Positions 9,354 through 19,236 of a stretch of DNA of 64,000 nt are shown one piece after another. A program made the translations under genes and the position numbers. Under the pieces are notes generated by a model. That model was given only the letters and a program-made list of their open reading frames with translations, was not told the DNA's origin and did no database searches. Numbering within the stretch: the first letter of the stretch is position 1; the number at the start of each line of letters is the position of its first letter. Source of the DNA: Candidatus Bathyarchaeia archaeon (GTDB lineage: Archaea; Thermoproteota; Bathyarchaeia; TCS64); contig JBEKDF010000005.1 in NCBI GenBank assembly GCA_050014495.1, positions 1 to 64,000 on the forward strand, read 5' to 3'.

Positions 9354-10373
9354 TTAAACAAACTTTTCACTATAGTGGCAAGCTGAAAAGTGGCCTGGAG
9401 TTATCTCCCTGAGAGCAGGTTCCTTTTCTCTACATAAATCCGTCGCATAATGGCATCGAGGGTTGAAACGACAGCCTGGTGGTGGGTTAGTTGCACTAGG
9501 TACCTCACCTTGGAGTATTATTTTTATTCTATTCTTCTCAGGATCTGGAATCGGAATAGCTGCCAGAAGGGCCTGCGTGTAGGGATTCAGTGGCTTGGTA
9601 AAGACCTCATCCGTCTTCGCAGTCTCAACTATCCTCCCAACGTACATGACGGCAACACGGTTTGTGATCTGTCGAACTGAACTCAGGTCGTGGGAGATGT
9701 AGAGATATGAGAGTCCTATCTTTTGCTGCAAGTCTGTTAGGAGATTAAGGATTTGGGCCCTGATGGAGACATCTAGGGAGGATACAGGTTCATCAGCAAC
9801 GATCAGCTTTGGGTCCACTGCTAGAGCTCTCGCTATGGCTATACGTTGCCTTTGTCCCCCACTGAACTCGTGTGGATACCTCTCAGCATGATAATCCTCT
9901 AGGTTTACCATCTTAAGTAGCTCGTAGACTCTGTTCTTCCACTCCTTCTTCTCCACATTATGATGAATTGCAAAAGGTTCGCTTAGTATGTCATATATCG
10001 TCATTCTTGGATCTAATGATGTGTATGGGTTTTGGAAGACCATCTGGATACCGTGTCTGATTCTACGCATCTCCTCGACGTTCTTTGAACGAAACGCCTC
10101 CACCATATCTATACCATCATAGATTATCTGCCCCTTATCTGGCTCCTCCAGGAACATGAGAGTCTTACCCAGTGTAGTTTTTCCACACCCGCTCTCACCC
10201 ACGAGGCCGAGGTTCTCCCCCCTGCCAATAAATATCGAGACATCATCAACAGCGTGGACATTTCCTGTCTGTCGCTTAAGGAGTATGCCTCTCGTGTAGA
10301 CTGGGAAGAACTTTACGAGGTTCTTGATCTCGAGGAGGTTAGCGCTATTGTTTTCCATTTTTTCACGCTCCAC
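9354..10373 (-). CDS. oppF: Oligopeptide/dipeptide ABC transporter ATPase
   Basis: GESGCGKTT, YPHEFSGGQRQR, ADEP, C-terminal GCRFNPRC. Confidence 0.93.
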   Translation of the reverse strand: MEREKMENNSANLLEIKNLVKFFPVYTRGILLKRQTGNVHAVDDVSIFIGRGENLGLVGESGCGKTTLGKTLMFLEEPDKGQIIYDGIDMVEAFRSKNVEEMRRIRHGIQMVFQNPYTSLDPRMTIYDILSEPFAIHHNVEKKEWKNRVYELLKMVNLEDYHAERYPHEFSGGQRQRIAIARALAVDPKLIVADEPVSSLDVSIRAQILNLLTDLQQKIGLSYLYISHDLSSVRQITNRVAVMYVGRIVETAKTDEVFTKPLNPYTQALLAAIPIPDPEKNRIKIILQGEVPSATNPPPGCRFNPRCHYATDLCREKEPALREITPGHFSACHYSEKFV

Positions 10374-11346
10374 TAAGAGATAGTGTACGCCAGAAGTGGC
10401 AAGCTGAGAAATGTCCTATGTCTGTTAGTTCAAGCGGAGGGACTTTCTCAGCGCAGATATCTTTAGCGTATGGGCACCGGGGATGGAATCTACACCCTGT
10501 TGGAGGGGTGATGAGATTAGGGATGTTCCCAGGAATCACTCTAAGCTCCTTACGTAGGTCAATTCGGGGAACCGCTTGAAGCAGAGCCTCTGTGTAGGGA
10601 TGCTGTGGTTTTCTAAAGAGAGAGTGTGTCTCTGCGACTTCAGCAACCATTCCAGCGTAAAGCACCTGTACTCTCTGTGTGATCTCTGCAACGATTCCCA
10701 TGTCATGAGTTATCATGACGAGGGACATCTTCTGCTTCTCTCTGAGATCCTTTATTAGGTCTAGAACTTGAGCCTGAACCGTGACATCTAGATTCGTCGT
10801 GGGTTCGTCTGCGAAGAGTAGAGAAGGCCCTGACGCTAATGCGCGTGCTATGGCTATGCGCTGCTTCATCCCACCGCTGAGCTCATGGGGATACTCCTTC
10901 ACGCGTATACTCGGTTCTGAGATACGCACCATCTCGAGTAGCTTTTCAGCCTTCTCCCATACCTCCTTCTTAGATAGCTCCTTTTGGTGCTCATGAATAA
11001 CCTCAGCGAGTTGGTCCCCAACTGTATATAGAGGATCTAGGGATGTCGTCGGGTCTTGGAAGGTCATCGAAATCTTCCTTCCGCGAATCTTCCTCATTTC
11101 CTCATTTGTCTTTTTGAGGAGGTCTTCACCCTCAAATATTATCGAGCCAGCGACTATTTTCCCAGGCGGTGGAACTATTCGGAATACTGAGAGTCCAGTC
11201 ACTGTTTTCCCAGAACCTGATTCGCCGACGAGACCGACCGACTCGTCCTTCCCGACTTGGAAATCAATTCCATCAACGGCTTTGACTACACCTGCTTCAG
11301 TGAAGAAGTAGGTCTTTAGACCCTTGATATCAAGTAGAGTCTCCAT
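10363..11346 (-). CDS. oppD: Oligopeptide/dipeptide ABC transporter ATPase
   Basis: GESGSGKT, YPHELSGGMKQR, DEPTT.LDV, GCRFHPRC. Confidence 0.93.
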   Translation of the reverse strand: METLLDIKGLKTYFFTEAGVVKAVDGIDFQVGKDESVGLVGESGSGKTVTGLSVFRIVPPPGKIVAGSIIFEGEDLLKKTNEEMRKIRGRKISMTFQDPTTSLDPLYTVGDQLAEVIHEHQKELSKKEVWEKAEKLLEMVRISEPSIRVKEYPHELSGGMKQRIAIARALASGPSLLFADEPTTNLDVTVQAQVLDLIKDLREKQKMSLVMITHDMGIVAEITQRVQVLYAGMVAEVAETHSLFRKPQHPYTEALLQAVPRIDLRKELRVIPGNIPNLITPPTGCRFHPRCPYAKDICAEKVPPLELTDIGHFSACHFWRTLSLSGA

Positions 11347-11357
11347 AATTCAGCCAC

Positions 11358-12287
11358 CTAGTCCCTCAATCTCGGGTTAATGGCATCAGATAGGCCATCT
11401 CCGAGGAGGTTGAACCCGAGGACTGCGAATAGTGTGGCCAGCCCAGGGAACACAGTGACCCACCACTGCGTCCTGATGTAAGCGTATCCCTCCTGGATCG
11501 TTAGCCCCCATGTTGAAGTGTTGACATCGCCGAAGCCTAGGAAGCTGATGACAACCTCGGTGAGAATGTTCCCGGCAATGAGGAGAGTCGCCATGACTAT
11601 AACAGGGGTTAGGATGTTAGGGATGACGTGGCGAAGTATTATTCTGCTTCTGCCAGCACCAAGGGCACGTGACGCCTGAATATACTCCAGCTCCCTTACC
11701 CTAAGTATCTCTCCGCGGACGACGAAGGCGATTCCCGACCAGCCGAAAACACCTAAGAGGATGAGTATGAGGGTGAGACCGAAGCCCTGGGCGACTAGGA
11801 TCAAAAAAACTCGGGCTGCTAGTAGTATTAATGGCAGTAGGGGGATCGTGTAGAAGATTTGTGAGATCATGAGTAGAACTTCCCCCAGTCCACCCCTAGA
11901 GTAACCCGCGAGGGAGCCGATTGCGATCCCGATCAACACGGCGATAGCTGTAGCTCCCACACCGACATATAGGTCCCCAAGAGACCCGTGAAGTACCTCG
12001 CTGTAGACGTCGAGACCCGAGTTGCTCGTCCCGAATGGATGCTTAAGCGATGGTGATTGACCAGCCGCTCCCTCGTATAGAGCTTGATAGCTTCTCGCTG
12101 GATACGGGGCTAGCCAGGGACTAGTTAAGGCGATGAAGGCGAAGAAGAGAACAATGAAGAGACCCGCGAGTCCAGCTTTATTTCTCCTAAACCTCCTCCA
12201 AGCGACGGCCCATTGACTCGCCTCCCTCCTCTTCTCCATCCTCTCTTGATCAACGTTTGGTATATTCTCAGAACTTTTACTCTCCAT
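11358..12287 (-). CDS. oppC: Oligopeptide ABC transporter permease
   Basis: WRRFRRNK, HPFGT..G.D, EY.QAS.ALGA...RII.RH.IPN, NLLGDGLSDA.NPR. Confidence 0.93.
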   Translation of the reverse strand: MESKSSENIPNVDQERMEKRREASQWAVAWRRFRRNKAGLAGLFIVLFFAFIALTSPWLAPYPARSYQALYEGAAGQSPSLKHPFGTSNSGLDVYSEVLHGSLGDLYVGVGATAIAVLIGIAIGSLAGYSRGGLGEVLLMISQIFYTIPLLPLILLAARVFLILVAQGFGLTLILILLGVFGWSGIAFVVRGEILRVRELEYIQASRALGAGRSRIILRHVIPNILTPVIVMATLLIAGNILTEVVISFLGFGDVNTSTWGLTIQEGYAYIRTQWWVTVFPGLATLFAVLGFNLLGDGLSDAINPRLRD

Positions 12288-12299
12288 TCAAAACACCTC

Positions 12300-13268
12300 T
12301 TAATCAAGTCTTACCCGTGGGTCAATCATCCCGTAGACTAAATCTGTGATAAGGTTAGCCAGCATCAACATTATCGTGATCACAACCGTGATTCCCACGA
12401 TCATTGGGATGTCTAGTGAGTAGGTGGCAACTACGAACTCGTAGCCGAGTCCAGGCCAGCTGAATGTAGTCTCCAACCCAGGTGCGCCGGCGAGTGCCGA
12501 ACCGAAGCTCAGGCCCACTATGGTGACTATAGGTGTGATCGCATTCCTGAGGGCATGCTTGTATATGACAGTACTCTCCTTAAGTCCACAGGCGCGGGCA
12601 GCGAGGACATAGTCGTCCCTAAGCGTCTGGAGCATGTTTCCCCTCATTAGACGGACGAATGTCGCCAGCTCAACGTAGACAAGAACAAGGAGAGGCATGA
12701 TGAGATGGGCTAGCCTGTCACCGAGTTCGCTCCCCCACCACAAGTGTGTTATGCCCTCCGCCCCAGCGGAGGGGAACCAGCCTAGGTAGAGGGAAAAGAT
12801 GATTATCATCATCAATCCGAGCCAGAATGTTGGCATCGAGTAGCCGAATAGTGCGAAGCTCGTTACAGCGACGTCACTCTTAGAGTATTGGTGCCTAGCT
12901 GAGTATACCCCCAACGGGACACCTATCAGAACTGCCAATAATAGCGATGGGATCTGTAATTCGAGGGTCGTTAGGACCCAAGGCCCTATTCTATCGATAA
13001 CCGAGGTGCCAGAGAGGCTCATGCCAAGATTGAGGTGGAGGATGTCCCAAAGCCAGTAAAGGTACCTGACATAAATAGGCTGGTCAACGTGATAATATGC
13101 TTTTAAGGCTGCAATAACTTGTGGAGGAGCTGTCTTGAGACCCTGCCTGATGAGTGCTATTGGGTCCCCAGCTGCATTTGATATTCCAAATGTTATGATA
13201 GATACTCCTAAGAATACAGGGATCATGAAAAGTATTCTTCGGATTATGTACTTTGTCATACTAGCCAT
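12300..13268 (-). CDS. oppB: Oligopeptide ABC transporter permease
   Basis: YIIRRIL, SMPTFWLG, DYVLAARACGL, HALRNA, DLVYG.IDPRVR. Confidence 0.93.
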   Translation of the reverse strand: MASMTKYIIRRILFMIPVFLGVSIITFGISNAAGDPIALIRQGLKTAPPQVIAALKAYYHVDQPIYVRYLYWLWDILHLNLGMSLSGTSVIDRIGPWVLTTLELQIPSLLLAVLIGVPLGVYSARHQYSKSDVAVTSFALFGYSMPTFWLGLMMIIIFSLYLGWFPSAGAEGITHLWWGSELGDRLAHLIMPLLVLVYVELATFVRLMRGNMLQTLRDDYVLAARACGLKESTVIYKHALRNAITPIVTIVGLSFGSALAGAPGLETTFSWPGLGYEFVVATYSLDIPMIVGITVVITIMLMLANLITDLVYGMIDPRVRLD

Positions 13269-13338
13269 TCAACCAGCTCCATTTCAACTATCTCTGATTA
13301 TTCCAAACATTTAAAATAGGTGGGACCCCCAGAAACAC

Positions 13339-15879
13339 TTGGAGAAGTGTAATTATAAAATGGAAAGCAGAAAAAAAACAGCAAAAGTTTTCGAAGGTGT
13401 ACTTTTAGGAATCCTAGTCTTTATTCTCCTTTTTAGCTCCATTACTTTCTCACCTCCAGCTACTGCTCAAACCCAGACCGCGCTCTTCTCGATTACCCTA
13501 CTCGCCCCAACTACCAACCCTGTAAGAAGGCAGCACGCGGCGCTCATAGCTAGTGCTATGCAGTCCGTTGGAATCGACGCTAGAGTCGTGTATGTCACAT
13601 TCGATGATCTGATGAATAGGTTGTATCCCTCGGATACCTCTAAAATAGGGAAGGGTTTCGCGGGCGGTAGCTATGATATTGGTTTCATTGGGTGGGGCTT
13701 CACGTCTCCTGTTCCCGATATCAAGTCTATGTTTTCAGGTACGAAGGATGCGTTCCCTCCGGCTGGCAACAACTTCTACTTGTATAATAGTACAGAGGCC
13801 AACGCTCTCCTCAATAAAATCTACAGTACGCTAAATTCAACACAACAACTAGCCCTCTTCAGGCAGTTTTCGTTGCTTCTTAACAAGGATAAACCAGACC
13901 TCCCCATTTACCTAACAACCGATGTCGTCGCCAGAAGACCTACGATAGAGATCTTCGGAGACCCCAACGTGTTCAGCACTATGACGACGCCATTCAGCGA
14001 CATCCAGTACATGAGTGGGGTCACATCATACATTATGGCTGAGGCCGGTGACTGGTCAAGCCTAGCCCCCTGGTCGAATGCAATCTCACAAACTTTCTAC
14101 TCTGAGTTTGTATACGGAGCGACTCAGGGTGGACTGCAACTGGTTGACCCGCGCACAAACGCTTTTTACCTCAACGAGGCTTCGAGCGTCAAGGCCTCCC
14201 CCGATGGCCGCACCTGGACAATCACTATTAAACCCGGAGTGAAGTTCCAAGACGGCGTCGAGGCGACCTCCGACGACTACCTCTTCACCGAGAGGGCCAT
14301 AATGACCCCCGCGGTAGCATCCGTTGGCCTTTCAGACAAACTCACTCACTTCGGTGATCGCGTCGACTTCACCTGGCTAAACGGTACGACTACGACGGTT
14401 GACAACTCAAATGGGACTCTGACTAAACCTACCACCACCTTCAAAGCGATCACCAAATACACATACCAGTTCACAATCGACCCCTCAGTTCCACTCTACG
14501 CATTCATCAACTCGACCGAGTGTGCAATAGCGCCACTCCCCAAGCACTACCTCGAGAAGATACCCTGGAGCCAATGGAACACCGACGCATATGCAACTGG
14601 TCTAAAGGGGGCATACAGCTTCACATGGGATACCTCAAAATACGGTGGATCCGGCTCCGCCACGATGTATGGCCCATTCGGAACCGGCCCATACATCTAC
14701 CAGGGGTTCGACACCGTTAAGAGACTCGCCACCCTAACAAAATTCGACGGATACTTTGACAAGGCCCGTCTCGAGTCCCTCGGCTACTTCACCGTTCAGA
14801 ACTTCTATGTAGTGACAATCGTCGAGAAGGACGCCGCCATCGCTGCCTACAGGACAGGCGACATCGACGCCTTCGACGTCAACTACCAGCTAGCCGCGGA
14901 CCAGGACGTCCTCAAATCATTGGGTGCCAACGTCTTCATCAAGCCGGAGATCGGCTGGCAGGATCTAGGCTTCAACATGCAGAACCCCATCATAGGCACA
15001 GGAGTCGATACCCCCCTAGGGAAGGCTAACCCCGCCCAAGCCGCCGAAGCGGCGCGCCACGTCCGCCAAGCCATAAGCTACCTGATCCCGAGGGACCTTG
15101 TGGTTTCCCAACTCCTCAACGGCGTCGGCACGGCCGGCACAACCGTCATCGGAGCATTCGGCTCTGCTTATCAAGACCCATCCGTCAAGGAGGACCCATA
15201 TGATCCCAACCTAGCAAGGGCGGAGTTGGCAGCAGCGGGATACAAAACTGGCGTCAACCCAATCGTCCCAATACAACCAGCACCAGAGGTGGCAGCCGAC
15301 TTCATCTATGGCCAGGCAGTCCCTGTAGAGGGAGTGTTCAAAAACCCGGTGACGAGTCAGCCATACTCCAACTTCGTCGTCAGGATACAGGAGAGTAAAG
15401 ATAACACCACATGGGTCGACACTGGGTACGCCCCAATCACTGACAGCCAAGGTAACTATCATGCGATGGTTATCCCCGACTGGATCACGACATACATTAG
15501 GCCCTACTTCACAGGCTACACAGTTCCAACATCAGTTTCAAGTACCTGGCCTATAGTAGCAGGATCCTACTACGACCAACTCGTGGCAGGTGGTAAGGTA
15601 CAGCAGATCCTGCCTCCAACGATAGGCCCGGTACAGACGTTCACAACTAAAACGATGAAGGATATACTAACTAGCGCCCTACAGCCATATGCTACAGCTA
15701 GCTCCGTTGCTTCGCTCTCCTCGACAGTCGCGACAAAGGACGATGTAACCGCTCTAACGACACAGATCACGACTCTCAACAGCAGTGTTAACTCGTTGAC
15801 AACCTATCTCTATGCAGCGATAGCAATTGCAGTGATTGCTATAATCATAGCTATATTTGCAGTTATGAGGAAGAAGTAG
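13339..15879 (+). CDS. oppA: Family 5 peptide-binding protein, apparently circularly permuted, with Ig-like domain, stalk and C-terminal TM anchor
   Basis: SPDGRTWTITIKPGVKFQDG, GTGPY, VRQAISYLIPR, YDPNLARAELAAAGY; signal peptide; C-terminal TM + RKK. True start may be ATG 13360. Confidence 0.88.
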   Translation: MEKCNYKMESRKKTAKVFEGVLLGILVFILLFSSITFSPPATAQTQTALFSITLLAPTTNPVRRQHAALIASAMQSVGIDARVVYVTFDDLMNRLYPSDTSKIGKGFAGGSYDIGFIGWGFTSPVPDIKSMFSGTKDAFPPAGNNFYLYNSTEANALLNKIYSTLNSTQQLALFRQFSLLLNKDKPDLPIYLTTDVVARRPTIEIFGDPNVFSTMTTPFSDIQYMSGVTSYIMAEAGDWSSLAPWSNAISQTFYSEFVYGATQGGLQLVDPRTNAFYLNEASSVKASPDGRTWTITIKPGVKFQDGVEATSDDYLFTERAIMTPAVASVGLSDKLTHFGDRVDFTWLNGTTTTVDNSNGTLTKPTTTFKAITKYTYQFTIDPSVPLYAFINSTECAIAPLPKHYLEKIPWSQWNTDAYATGLKGAYSFTWDTSKYGGSGSATMYGPFGTGPYIYQGFDTVKRLATLTKFDGYFDKARLESLGYFTVQNFYVVTIVEKDAAIAAYRTGDIDAFDVNYQLAADQDVLKSLGANVFIKPEIGWQDLGFNMQNPIIGTGVDTPLGKANPAQAAEAARHVRQAISYLIPRDLVVSQLLNGVGTAGTTVIGAFGSAYQDPSVKEDPYDPNLARAELAAAGYKTGVNPIVPIQPAPEVAADFIYGQAVPVEGVFKNPVTSQPYSNFVVRIQESKDNTTWVDTGYAPITDSQGNYHAMVIPDWITTYIRPYFTGYTVPTSVSSTWPIVAGSYYDQLVAGGKVQQILPPTIGPVQTFTTKTMKDILTSALQPYATASSVASLSSTVATKDDVTALTTQITTLNSSVNSLTTYLYAAIAIAVIAIIIAIFAVMRKK

Positions 15880-15891
15880 CCAATCCCTAAG

Positions 15892-15914
15892 CTTTTTTTA
15901 TTTCATTTTTCTAA
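15892..15914 (+). terminator. T-rich archaeal terminator after oppA; copy 1 of a 23-bp direct repeat
   Basis: CTTTTTTTATTTCATTTTTCTAA starting 13 nt after the oppA stop. Confidence 0.7.
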
Positions 15915-15964
15915 ACACTCAGCAGAGTCAGTAGATTGCGTAATTACCATAAAAAGGGATGAAA

Positions 15965-17194
15965 TTACACCCAGACCTTTTCGAGCAGCTTGATCGCATT
16001 TTCACCAGTGATTTTCGCGATCTCAGTATCGGAATACCCGTGTTTGATCATCCACCTCGCGACGTTTATGAATTCATTCGGGTTCTCCAAACCCTTCACA
16101 TAACCGGGATCCTCCGTCCCAGCAGGAATCGGCCACTGCTTACTCGGCTTCCTTCCAGGTCGTTCATAATGACCAAGCATCCTCGAGAACCAATATTGAT
16201 AGAGGCCCTGATGATCACCATAGAGAGTGTCTGGACCACATGCAACGTGATCGATTCCCATCAGTTTTATACAGTATTCGACACACTCCATGTAGCTCTC
16301 TATGCTGCCAATCGGGTGCTTCTGAGTTGAGAGGCCCCCTCCCGCTCCCCCGACGCTCATTAAGCCACCGTGTTCAGCTAGCGCGTGGAGTACCTCATCG
16401 CCCTTAGTGTGGCCGTTGGCGATTGCACTTGGGCCACTGTGGCTATCATATATCGGATTCTTGCTCGATTCTATTGTATCCAATGCCGTGCAGTCACTCG
16501 TGTGGCCAACATCGATCAGCATGCCAAGTTTGTTCATCCTGACGATGCAGTCGTAACCAAAGTCAGTTAAACCTAAATCTTGGTTAGTTTCATCCATCCC
16601 TCCTCCGAGCATGTTTGACTCGCTATAACAGATACCCATGCTTCGGACGCCGAAGCCGTAGAGGACATCCAGACGATCAACTTCATTTTCGCAGGGTGTG
16701 GCGGATTCAATGCAAAGAACGACTCCAATTTTTCCATTCTTTTTTGCGTTCATAATATCCTGTACCCTTAATACAGGAACAATCATATTCTGGTGGTGTA
16801 TATCGCTTAGGCGAATACCTATATCGTGTACGACGTCATTCCATTTCCATCCCTTATAACTTGTAATATAGGCAGTACCATCCATCAGGTGGTCAAAAAT
16901 GCAGTCGAGCCCGGAGACACTGAGGGCCTCATACGCCATGAAGTCCCGACCCATGTGTTGCTGCTCCATGCCTTGGCTCATATCCTCGGGCCATATAACC
17001 GGATGCTCATGCACAGAGATCACGACATTATTCTCAACGAACCGCTCGAATCGCTCCTCCTCAGATTTGGAGAGGGGAACAAAGTATGGAGGGACTCTAC
17101 CAGTTTCTTTCGCAAGTTTAAACCATTGATAGTCCTTACCTGATTCCAAGTACTGGAACGCTTTATATCCGTTATACAATTTGCTTTTGACCAT
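15965..17194 (-). CDS. Membrane dipeptidase family (peptidase M19)
   Basis: SVHEH, LCIES, GLTDFG..C..RMNKLGMLIDVGH, SHSG, GIDHVACGPD, KITGENA. Confidence 0.85.
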   Translation of the reverse strand: MVKSKLYNGYKAFQYLESGKDYQWFKLAKETGRVPPYFVPLSKSEEERFERFVENNVVISVHEHPVIWPEDMSQGMEQQHMGRDFMAYEALSVSGLDCIFDHLMDGTAYITSYKGWKWNDVVHDIGIRLSDIHHQNMIVPVLRVQDIMNAKKNGKIGVVLCIESATPCENEVDRLDVLYGFGVRSMGICYSESNMLGGGMDETNQDLGLTDFGYDCIVRMNKLGMLIDVGHTSDCTALDTIESSKNPIYDSHSGPSAIANGHTKGDEVLHALAEHGGLMSVGGAGGGLSTQKHPIGSIESYMECVEYCIKLMGIDHVACGPDTLYGDHQGLYQYWFSRMLGHYERPGRKPSKQWPIPAGTEDPGYVKGLENPNEFINVARWMIKHGYSDTEIAKITGENAIKLLEKVWV

Positions 17195-17457
17195 CTCGTA
17201 TCACTGATAATTATCTATTATTGTATAAAAATGTAAGCAGCTAGAGCAATATCTCCTAAAGTAACGCGCACACACCACTTCCTGTGGAGGTTTTACACCA
17301 ATTGATTAGGGAAACTGATGCTCACAGCATAATTAAAAATCAATGCGCGCAAATAGCTACCCGGTCACGCATGCGCGATGTAGACTTTTGTAAAGAGATA
17401 AGCCAACTCCACTAATTTTTAGATAACTATTAATCGCTAGGTATTAATTATCTAGAT

Positions 17458-18700
17458 ATGTCTCAGAGCACCCCAGTGAAAGTGATCAAGAATGCATATC
17501 TCGTGGATGGTACGGGAAAGAAGCCTGTAAAGGATGTCTCGATTCTCATCAAGGGAAATGCCATTGAGGAGATCGGAAAAACTGTCGACGCCTCTAGTGG
17601 GGCTGAGGTGATAGAAGCCGATGGGAAGACGGTGATGCCGGGTCTCATAGACGCTCATGTCCACATCTGCAGTAATGGTGACCCCAACCCCCCTAAGCGA
17701 CTTAAGCTACTCTCCCGGCCTCGTCCAGCTTTTTGGCGCCCGTAATGCTGTTAATACGATCGAAGCTGGTTATACAATGATCAGGGACATGGGTGCCCCC
17801 AACGGTTTCGCCATCAGTCTTAAGAAGGGAATAGAGATGGGTTTAGTCAAGGGTCCCCGAATCGTTGCCCCTGGTAAAATTATATGTATGTCCGGTGGCC
17901 ACGCGGACTTCTACCTCCCGAGTGGCGTAAGTTTTAACGAGGGATCCCTTATCTGTGACGGACCCATTGAGACGAGAAAGTCGACGAGGCTCAACCTCCG
18001 CGAGGGCGCCGACTTCATAAAGATATGCACGAGCGGGGGCGTGATGAGCCCAAGCGACCCGGTCGACACCCCCCAGTTTAATGTCGATGAGATAAAGGCG
18101 GTCTGCGATGAGGCCAATAATGTTGGGAAGTATGTGGCGAGCCATGCTCATGGCCCCACTGGCATTATGAATGCAATTCTGGGCGGCGTTAAGAGTATAG
18201 AGCATGGGAGTATCCAGACGAAAGAAACAGTCAAGGCAATGTTGGAGCACGAAGTAATCCAAGTCCCCACCCTCGTCGCATCATATAACATTCTTCAGAA
18301 GGGTACAGCCGAGGGTATTCCAGAGTGGGCGGTAGCCAAAGCGAAAGAGATCGCAGAGTACCCCCCTAAAAGCCTCATGCTCTGCTACAGAGCGGGTGTT
18401 AAGGTGGCTGCAGGCACAGATGCTGGCACCCCCTTTAACCTCCACGGCGAGAACGCTAAGGAGCTGGAACTCATGGTCGCAGCCGGGCTCAAGCCACTTG
18501 AAGCCATCACCTGCACAACCAAAATTGGGGCAGAAGCGTGTTACCTCGGCACAAAGACTGGGACCCTCGAAAAGGGCAAATGGGCTGACCTCATAATAGT
18601 CGATGGCGACCCAACCGTCAACGTGAAATTGCTCCAAGACAAGGCTAAGGTTCTCCTAGTAATGAAAGCGGGCAACATCGAAGTGAATAGAGGCATATAG
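17458..18700 (+). pseudogene. Metal-dependent amidohydrolase (Xaa-Pro dipeptidase-like) split by a +1 frameshift
   Basis: ORF 17458 gives the N-terminus (MPGLIDAHVH); ORF 17657 gives the remainder (GADFIK, HAHG, SIEHG, GTDAG, ADL). Removing one C from the C6 run at 17688-17693 joins them as DPNPLSDLSY. Confidence 0.8.
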
Positions 18701-18746
18701 ACAATTGGATATCTGGCGCGCCAAAAAAGTAGTCTTTTCGCCCTTC

Positions 18747-18769
18747 CTTTTTTTATTTCATTTTTCTAA
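18747..18769 (+). terminator. T-rich terminator after the amidohydrolase; copy 2 of the 23-bp direct repeat
   Basis: Identical to 15892-15914. Confidence 0.7.
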
Positions 18770-19188
18770 CCATTAATTATGGCCAAGACCACTAGTTCGG
18801 CTAATAGTATTGCTCCGCATATTATGTATACTAAGGCCATCCTTTCACCACTTCGAGATTTCTCAATATCTAATTCCTTCTTTCTGTTCTTGTCAAGATT
18901 ATTATGCTCACCAATGTTCTCTTCATCCCCTTTATGTCTAGGGGGTATCCTCAAAAACCTCATAGCTGAAGACCACTTGACAGAGCTTGTGAAGTCGACT
19001 GCGCCTCCATAGAGAAACATGAGCATGGTTTCCAGAAGGGTGATGTTGCCTACATATTCACTGATCTGACCCGTTTCGAAACCCCCGGAATAAACTTTAG
19101 ATAGAACTAGGCTTAGAATTACATTAACTATGTTTAAAATAATTGATAATCGAAAAGATTTTATTAATATCTGCCTATTACTCAACAA
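18766..19188 (-). CDS. Hypothetical membrane protein (3 TM helices)
   Basis: Three hydrophobic segments; fills the intergenic gap. Confidence 0.65.
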   Translation of the reverse strand: MLSNRQILIKSFRLSIILNIVNVILSLVLSKVYSGGFETGQISEYVGNITLLETMLMFLYGGAVDFTSSVKWSSAMRFLRIPPRHKGDEENIGEHNNLDKNRKKELDIEKSRSGERMALVYIICGAILLAELVVLAIING

Positions 19189-19236
19189 GTATTATTACTT
19201 TTATTGTAGCTACCTATTTAAGAATTTAGTAATGGG

